Below, piece by piece: positions 16,215 to 20,000 of a stretch of 20,000 nucleotides of DNA. The DNA is taken from IMG/VR virus record IMGVR_UViG_3300042314_001037; one strand, written 5' to 3'. The notes under the pieces were generated by a model. The model had not been told where the DNA came from. It was given only the letters and a program-made list of their open reading frames with translations, and did no database searches. Origin of the DNA: an uncultured virus (IMG/VR IMGVR_UViG_3300042314_001037). Lineage: Duplodnaviria > Heunggongvirae > Uroviricota > Caudoviricetes. How positions within the stretch are numbered: the first letter of the stretch is position 1; each line of letters opens with the position of its first letter. A program made the translations under genes and the position numbers.

Positions 16215-16814
16215 ATGAAAAACAAACTTATACTCACCGATGCCGATGGCGTCTTGTTAGATTGGGAATGGGCGTTCTCAGTTTGGATGCAAGAACGTGG
16301 ATACACACTAACAGCGGATAACAAGAAAAGCTATTATCTACATCACCACTATAACGAACTAGAAGAAAAAGATGCCAAAAAGGTTGTAAAGACTTTTAAC
16401 GAATCTGCAGCAATTGGATTCCTTCCTGCACTTAGAGATGCTGCTCACTATGTTAAACGACTACATGAAGAACACGGCTACGAATTCCGTGTTATCACAA
16501 GCCTAAGTCTGGACAAGAACGCACAGAAACTGCGTGAAATGAATCTACGTAAGTTGTTTGGCAATGCTATCGAAACAGTTATTTGCCTAGATACAGGCGC
16601 AGACAAAGATTCTGCATTGGCTCCATACAAAGACAGCGGCCTGTGGTGGATTGAAGATAAACCTGCCAATGCTGATGTCGGACATGCTTTAGGTTTGAAA
16701 TCTGTTCTTATTGAACACGGGCATAATATGCATCACAAGTGTTCTTACCCTGTAGTCAAGAATTGGAGTGAACTCTACGAACTTGTTTTAACTCCAGTAT
16801 CTACTGCTGTCTAA
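16215..16814 (+). CDS. HAD-family phosphatase, 5'(3')-nucleotidase-like
   Basis: Motif I TDADGVL, motif II ITS, motif III K, motif IV WIEDK. Confidence 0.85.
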   Translation: MKNKLILTDADGVLLDWEWAFSVWMQERGYTLTADNKKSYYLHHHYNELEEKDAKKVVKTFNESAAIGFLPALRDAAHYVKRLHEEHGYEFRVITSLSLDKNAQKLREMNLRKLFGNAIETVICLDTGADKDSALAPYKDSGLWWIEDKPANADVGHALGLKSVLIEHGHNMHHKCSYPVVKNWSELYELVLTPVSTAV

Positions 16815-17504
16815 ACTGTCCCAGTAGGCTTTATTATTGCGATTGACAAAGTTCTTAACTAGGTACTTGGCCATGCCCATATAGCCCATCTTCTTAAACC
16901 TACGGCTATCTTGTCCAAAGTGATGGCGAATGATTCTAAACTTTTTAGGGCTATACTTGCGTGATAAGAAGAAGTCTTCGCTTGTGGAAAACTGTTCAGG
17001 AAATCCCCCAAACTCTTCAAAACGATCTCTGCGGGTCAGCATGAATGCTCCCACAGCAAAGGGTGAGAAGAATTTTAATGCATGATTGATTAGATTAAAT
17101 GTAGTAAATCCGACTTTAGCTCTTAGATCCTTGTCGTAGCATTTGATGTTTAGGCCAATGAGATCTAGGTTCTTACTCTCAATCAAATTGACAGCATCTT
17201 GAATCACAGTGTCTTTAAAGAAGCGCACATCAGCATCAATGAATAATATGTAGGGCGTATTAACCAATCGAGCTCCGTTGTTCTTAGCAAAGCTAACAGG
17301 CCCGCCATCGATAACCTCAACATTCAACTCACCTTTCATTATTTCGATAACTTCTCGTGTTTTGTCTGTGGAACAATCTGCAATGATAATTCTGGTGTTG
17401 CCTATTGATTGTTGGCGTAGATGCATTAGCAAATGCGCAATGTAGTTTTCCTCATTCTTACAGGGTACCACTATGGTAATTTTATCACTTATTGTTTTTG
17501 GCAT
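16788..17504 (-). CDS. GT2-family glycosyltransferase
   Basis: IVVPCKNEE, ADCSTD, AKNNGA, FIDAD (DxD), GGF, SED, SRR. Confidence 0.92.
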   Translation of the reverse strand: MPKTISDKITIVVPCKNEENYIAHLLMHLRQQSIGNTRIIIADCSTDKTREVIEIMKGELNVEVIDGGPVSFAKNNGARLVNTPYILFIDADVRFFKDTVIQDAVNLIESKNLDLIGLNIKCYDKDLRAKVGFTTFNLINHALKFFSPFAVGAFMLTRRDRFEEFGGFPEQFSTSEDFFLSRKYSPKKFRIIRHHFGQDSRRFKKMGYMGMAKYLVKNFVNRNNKAYWDSLDSSRYWS

Positions 17505-17659
17505 TTGCCTTCTACCTTAAAATTATTAAACTTTAGCTGCCACTTCATCGACGCTAGGGTCATCTCGCAACTGGCTTGATCTTTGAATGCTAGTTCTATT
17601 CTTCCCGGAACGTCTTGAGGATTGTTCACGTGAACCGCTATTAGTATCAGTATCCACAT
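17489..17659 (-). CDS. small overlapping exported/membrane-anchored protein (56 aa, 2 Cys)
   Basis: Manual call: MWILILIAVHVNNPQDVPGRIELAFKDQASCEMTLASMKWQLKFNNFKVEGKCQKQ; AAGGAG RBS 7 nt upstream; overlaps the phosphoesterase tail out of frame. Confidence 0.6.
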   Translation of the reverse strand: MWILILIAVHVNNPQDVPGRIELAFKDQASCEMTLASMKWQLKFNNFKVEGKCQKQ

Positions 17660-18410
17660 CGTCTCGCTCCTTAGTCCAAGTTATGATTTCCCACTTACCA
17701 TCGTGGTGCTCTACAAGTGCTGTACACGATTCAACCCAGTCGCCGTCATTCATATACGTAATGCCATCTATCTCTTTGATCTCTGCGTGATGTATGTGTC
17801 CGCATATGACACCGTCAAAGCCGCGTTTCTTACAGTAGGCCATTAGATTCCGTTCAAACTGAAATATAAAGTCTACTGCTTTCTTAACACGGGCTTTAAG
17901 ATACTTGCTCAAACTCCAATAGCCAAAACCCATACGATGTCGTAGCCAATTGAACTTGCTGTTGGCAGATAGAATAAAGTCATAGGCCTTATCACCTAAG
18001 AATGCCAACCACGGTGCCAGTCGGGTAATGCCGTCAAACAGGTCGCCGTGGGTGACTAGATAGTGTTTGCCGTCTACCCCAACATGTTCAAATTGATTAA
18101 CCACTTCCACATTGCCAAAGTTAATACCGTAGGGCATTAATGGTCTTAAGAATTCATCGTGATTGCCTGCTACGTAGATTACTCGTGTGCCACGTTTGGC
18201 ATGTCCAAGTATACGTCTTACAACATTGGTGTGTGATTGCTTCCAACGCCATTTGTTTTGTTGTATGCGCCATACATCTAGTATGTCCCCTACCATATAG
18301 AGTGTTTCGCAGGTGTTGTGTTTGAGAAAGTTGTTTAACTTATCAGCTTGACTATCTCTAGTACCTAAATGCACATCGGATATAAAAATAGAGCGATAAG
18401 TTTTTAGCAT
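17526..18410 (-). CDS. calcineurin-like metallophosphoesterase, PlcP (phospholipase C)/LpxH-like
   Basis: ISDVHLG, VGDILD.W, W...H..VV..IL..AKRGT.VIYV.GNHD, HGDLFD, CGHIH, NDGDWVES: pattern of the PlcP/LpxH2 clade rather than enteric LpxH. Confidence 0.85.
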   Translation of the reverse strand: MLKTYRSIFISDVHLGTRDSQADKLNNFLKHNTCETLYMVGDILDVWRIQQNKWRWKQSHTNVVRRILGHAKRGTRVIYVAGNHDEFLRPLMPYGINFGNVEVVNQFEHVGVDGKHYLVTHGDLFDGITRLAPWLAFLGDKAYDFILSANSKFNWLRHRMGFGYWSLSKYLKARVKKAVDFIFQFERNLMAYCKKRGFDGVICGHIHHAEIKEIDGITYMNDGDWVESCTALVEHHDGKWEIITWTKERDDVDTDTNSGSREQSSRRSGKNRTSIQRSSQLRDDPSVDEVAAKV

Positions 18411-18443
18411 AGCTAATATTTATCGCCCTAGGCTGTGTGTAAT

Positions 18444-18461
18444 GTTACAGTTGTGTTAAAT
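18444..18461 (-). promoter_or_regulatory. Pho-box-like direct repeat
   Basis: Minus strand ATTTAAC-ACAA-CTGTAAC (11-nt period), upstream of TAAATA (18417-18422) and ATG 18410. Confidence 0.45.
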
Positions 18462-18614
18462 CTGTACCAAAGTCCATTTGCGTGTAAATGACTTACCTTC
18501 GGCCTTGTGTTTCCGTATCTTAGCGAACTCTTTTTTACGTAGTTCGGAAACTGTTTCAGTATCATGGTCGACGCAAGCCTTGTACAGCTTCATTAATAAT
18601 TTACGCTGTTTCAT
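18456..18614 (-). CDS. small basic protein (52 aa)
   Basis: Manual call: MKQRKLLMKLYKACVDHDTETVSELRKKEFAKIRKHKAEGKSFTRKWTLVQI; AGGAGG RBS and TAAATA (18635-18640) upstream. Confidence 0.7.
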   Translation of the reverse strand: MKQRKLLMKLYKACVDHDTETVSELRKKEFAKIRKHKAEGKSFTRKWTLVQI

Positions 18615-18652
18615 GGTTGTGTCCTCCTGTACTGTATTTATTCTAGGGTCGT

Positions 18653-18765
18653 AAAAAAATGCTCACTTAGAACGCCATTCCGGGGCACGACTCCCATAAC
18701 GTTCTGCCCAGCAGCCGGGCACATCTAAGTAACGCAAGCGTTCCTAAGGTAGATGTTCTGTTCTA
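18653..18765 (-). ncRNA. candidate structured non-coding RNA
   Basis: GC-rich intergenic stretch with several stems whose G-U pairs work only on the minus strand; ends in a U7 tract. Confidence 0.5.
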
Positions 18766-18767
18766 AA

Positions 18768-19208
18768 TTAATTACACCAGCTTTGTTTGGCTTCACCGTA
18801 GTATTCACGGGCCAAGCCATTGCTGATAAGTCCCTGTCTAATGCTTTGTCCGTTTACCAAGATGTCTCCCAATATACGGCCACCAAACTTATCCCATCCA
18901 TAGATAATAACCTGGTGCTTTGGGTGGGATTGTAAGGCTTGAGTTGTAAATTTACTCGCCAATTGCGCTCGTTGGTCTTCTTGTGGACATTGAGCTCTGT
19001 GTCCTTTTTCTGGCGTGTCGACTCCGTAGATCCTAACAGCAAGTTCGGGCTTGAGTGGCTGTGGGAGAAAGGGAGCGGCGATTACAATAGTATCGCCATC
19101 ACTCACTCTAATAACCTGTGCATCGTAGGTCGCTGACTTTGCGGGCATCTTGCCCTGTGCAAATGCTAGTGCAGGTACTGCCAACAGCAGTAATAGAAAT
19201 TGTTTCAT
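18768..19208 (-). CDS. thermonuclease (SNase family) with signal peptide
   Basis: RVSDGDT, VRIYGVDTPE, DKFGGRILG, LISNGLA; N-terminal MKQFLLLLLAVPALAFA signal. Confidence 0.92.
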   Translation of the reverse strand: MKQFLLLLLAVPALAFAQGKMPAKSATYDAQVIRVSDGDTIVIAAPFLPQPLKPELAVRIYGVDTPEKGHRAQCPQEDQRAQLASKFTTQALQSHPKHQVIIYGWDKFGGRILGDILVNGQSIRQGLISNGLAREYYGEAKQSWCN

Positions 19209-19232
19209 GTATACTCCAATAAGTGCTATTAT

Positions 19233-19868
19233 TTAGTTCCAAGCAACCATTTTGAATCGCTCCTCTGGGATGCCAAAGTACTCACACTTCCAACGACTCT
19301 GTGCAAAGAAGTCTAGATGATGCCACTTGTCTTTCTGTGCTAGGATCTGTTGGGCAGCATCACGCCAGTCTATGGCCAGCAACACAGGTTCTACAATTTT
19401 GCGAATATATTCTGTTTCTTCGTAGACAAAGCTGTCCCATTCCCAGTGTAGTACTTCAAAGACATTGCCCGCACGGTCAGCATAGTCCATAGAAAAGTCC
19501 AAGCCCCATTTAGGACGTAGTGCTATCACCTTGTTGACCAAAGGCAGTGTACGAGCCCAGTATTCCAATTCTTCTAGTGCAGCACCTGTGTAGCCTTTGC
19601 GTTCAAACAGTAGGCTATGATTAAGATGTGAGCCTTCTGTGGTAGGCTGTTGCATAAACCAATCCTGTTTAAGGGCTCGTAGATGTTCTCTGTGCTTTTT
19701 AGGTTTAGCTCTGTTGCCGTAGGCAAAATGTTGTTCTAAGGGAGTGAGGTCGTATCCGTTCTGGTCAAATAGATCAAGATCATCTATGGTGGGTTGGTAC
19801 AGCAGTTTCTCTATGGGCTGGTCCCAATAACCATTTGCATCAAACTGATTATCGGATAGCGTAATCAT
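19233..19868 (-). CDS. hypothetical protein, aromatic-rich
   Basis: 211-aa ORF; FDQNGYDL, LNHS...RKGY, RPKWGLDFSMDY segments; function not recognised. Confidence 0.75.
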   Translation of the reverse strand: MITLSDNQFDANGYWDQPIEKLLYQPTIDDLDLFDQNGYDLTPLEQHFAYGNRAKPKKHREHLRALKQDWFMQQPTTEGSHLNHSLLFERKGYTGAALEELEYWARTLPLVNKVIALRPKWGLDFSMDYADRAGNVFEVLHWEWDSFVYEETEYIRKIVEPVLLAIDWRDAAQQILAQKDKWHHLDFFAQSRWKCEYFGIPEERFKMVAWN

Positions 19869-19869
19869 A

Positions 19870-20000
19870 TTACTTTACAATAGGTCCGCCAGTGATCCAA
19901 AGTTGACAGCTACGGGTTCCAGCACATTTAAAGTGTAGTAGAGTACAGTAGCCTAGATCAGCTGCTTCGCGAGTTTTCTCTGCTTCGTATGCCTCTGCGC
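19870..20000 (-). CDS. C-terminus of a Cys-rich hypothetical protein (5' end outside window)
   Basis: ...AEAYEAEKTREAADLGYCTLLHFKCAGTRSCQLWITGGPIVK*; three spaced Cys suggest metal binding. Confidence 0.65.
   Translation of the reverse strand, partial: AEAYEAEKTREAADLGYCTLLHFKCAGTRSCQLWITGGPIVK

Noticed and set aside
18653..18765. tRNA or hammerhead ribozyme
   Set aside because: No cloverleaf, TTC loop or CCA end; no CUGANGA/GAAA core
1..20000. Stop-codon reassignment
   Set aside because: Recognisable genes are full length under the standard code and coding density is high

Overview
A gene-dense segment, mostly on the minus strand, from a large tailed dsDNA phage. It is T4-superfamily-like, with recurrent TAAATA late-promoter motifs and cUUCGg terminators; the host is probably a proteobacterium (inference). 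From left to right it holds: (1) a PAAR spike gene with a long C-terminal extension, running off the left edge and absent from the ORF track; (2) an Sm-like protein, glutaredoxin and class Ia ribonucleotide reductase (nrdB/nrdA); (3) a beta-helix tailspike-like protein and a PD-(D/E)XK exonuclease; (4) a block of acidic or small putative virion/head proteins; (5) a translationally coupled pair of a Pol-beta/PolX-like nucleotidyltransferase and a KxDG ligase-fold protein; (6) an accessory region rich in lipid-related enzymes (alpha/beta hydrolase, acyl desaturase, GT2 glycosyltransferase, PlcP/LpxH-like metallophosphoesterase with an upstream Pho-box-like repeat), plus a HAD nucleotidase, a secreted thermonuclease and a candidate structured ncRNA. 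The best leads are a possible phage-encoded, phosphate-responsive membrane lipid-remodelling module; the nucleotidyltransferase-ligase pair, which may be virion-packaged; a shared CGGAGCG-loop operator hairpin in two late 5' UTRs; and the ncRNA. All family assignments come from motif recognition by eye, with no database searches.
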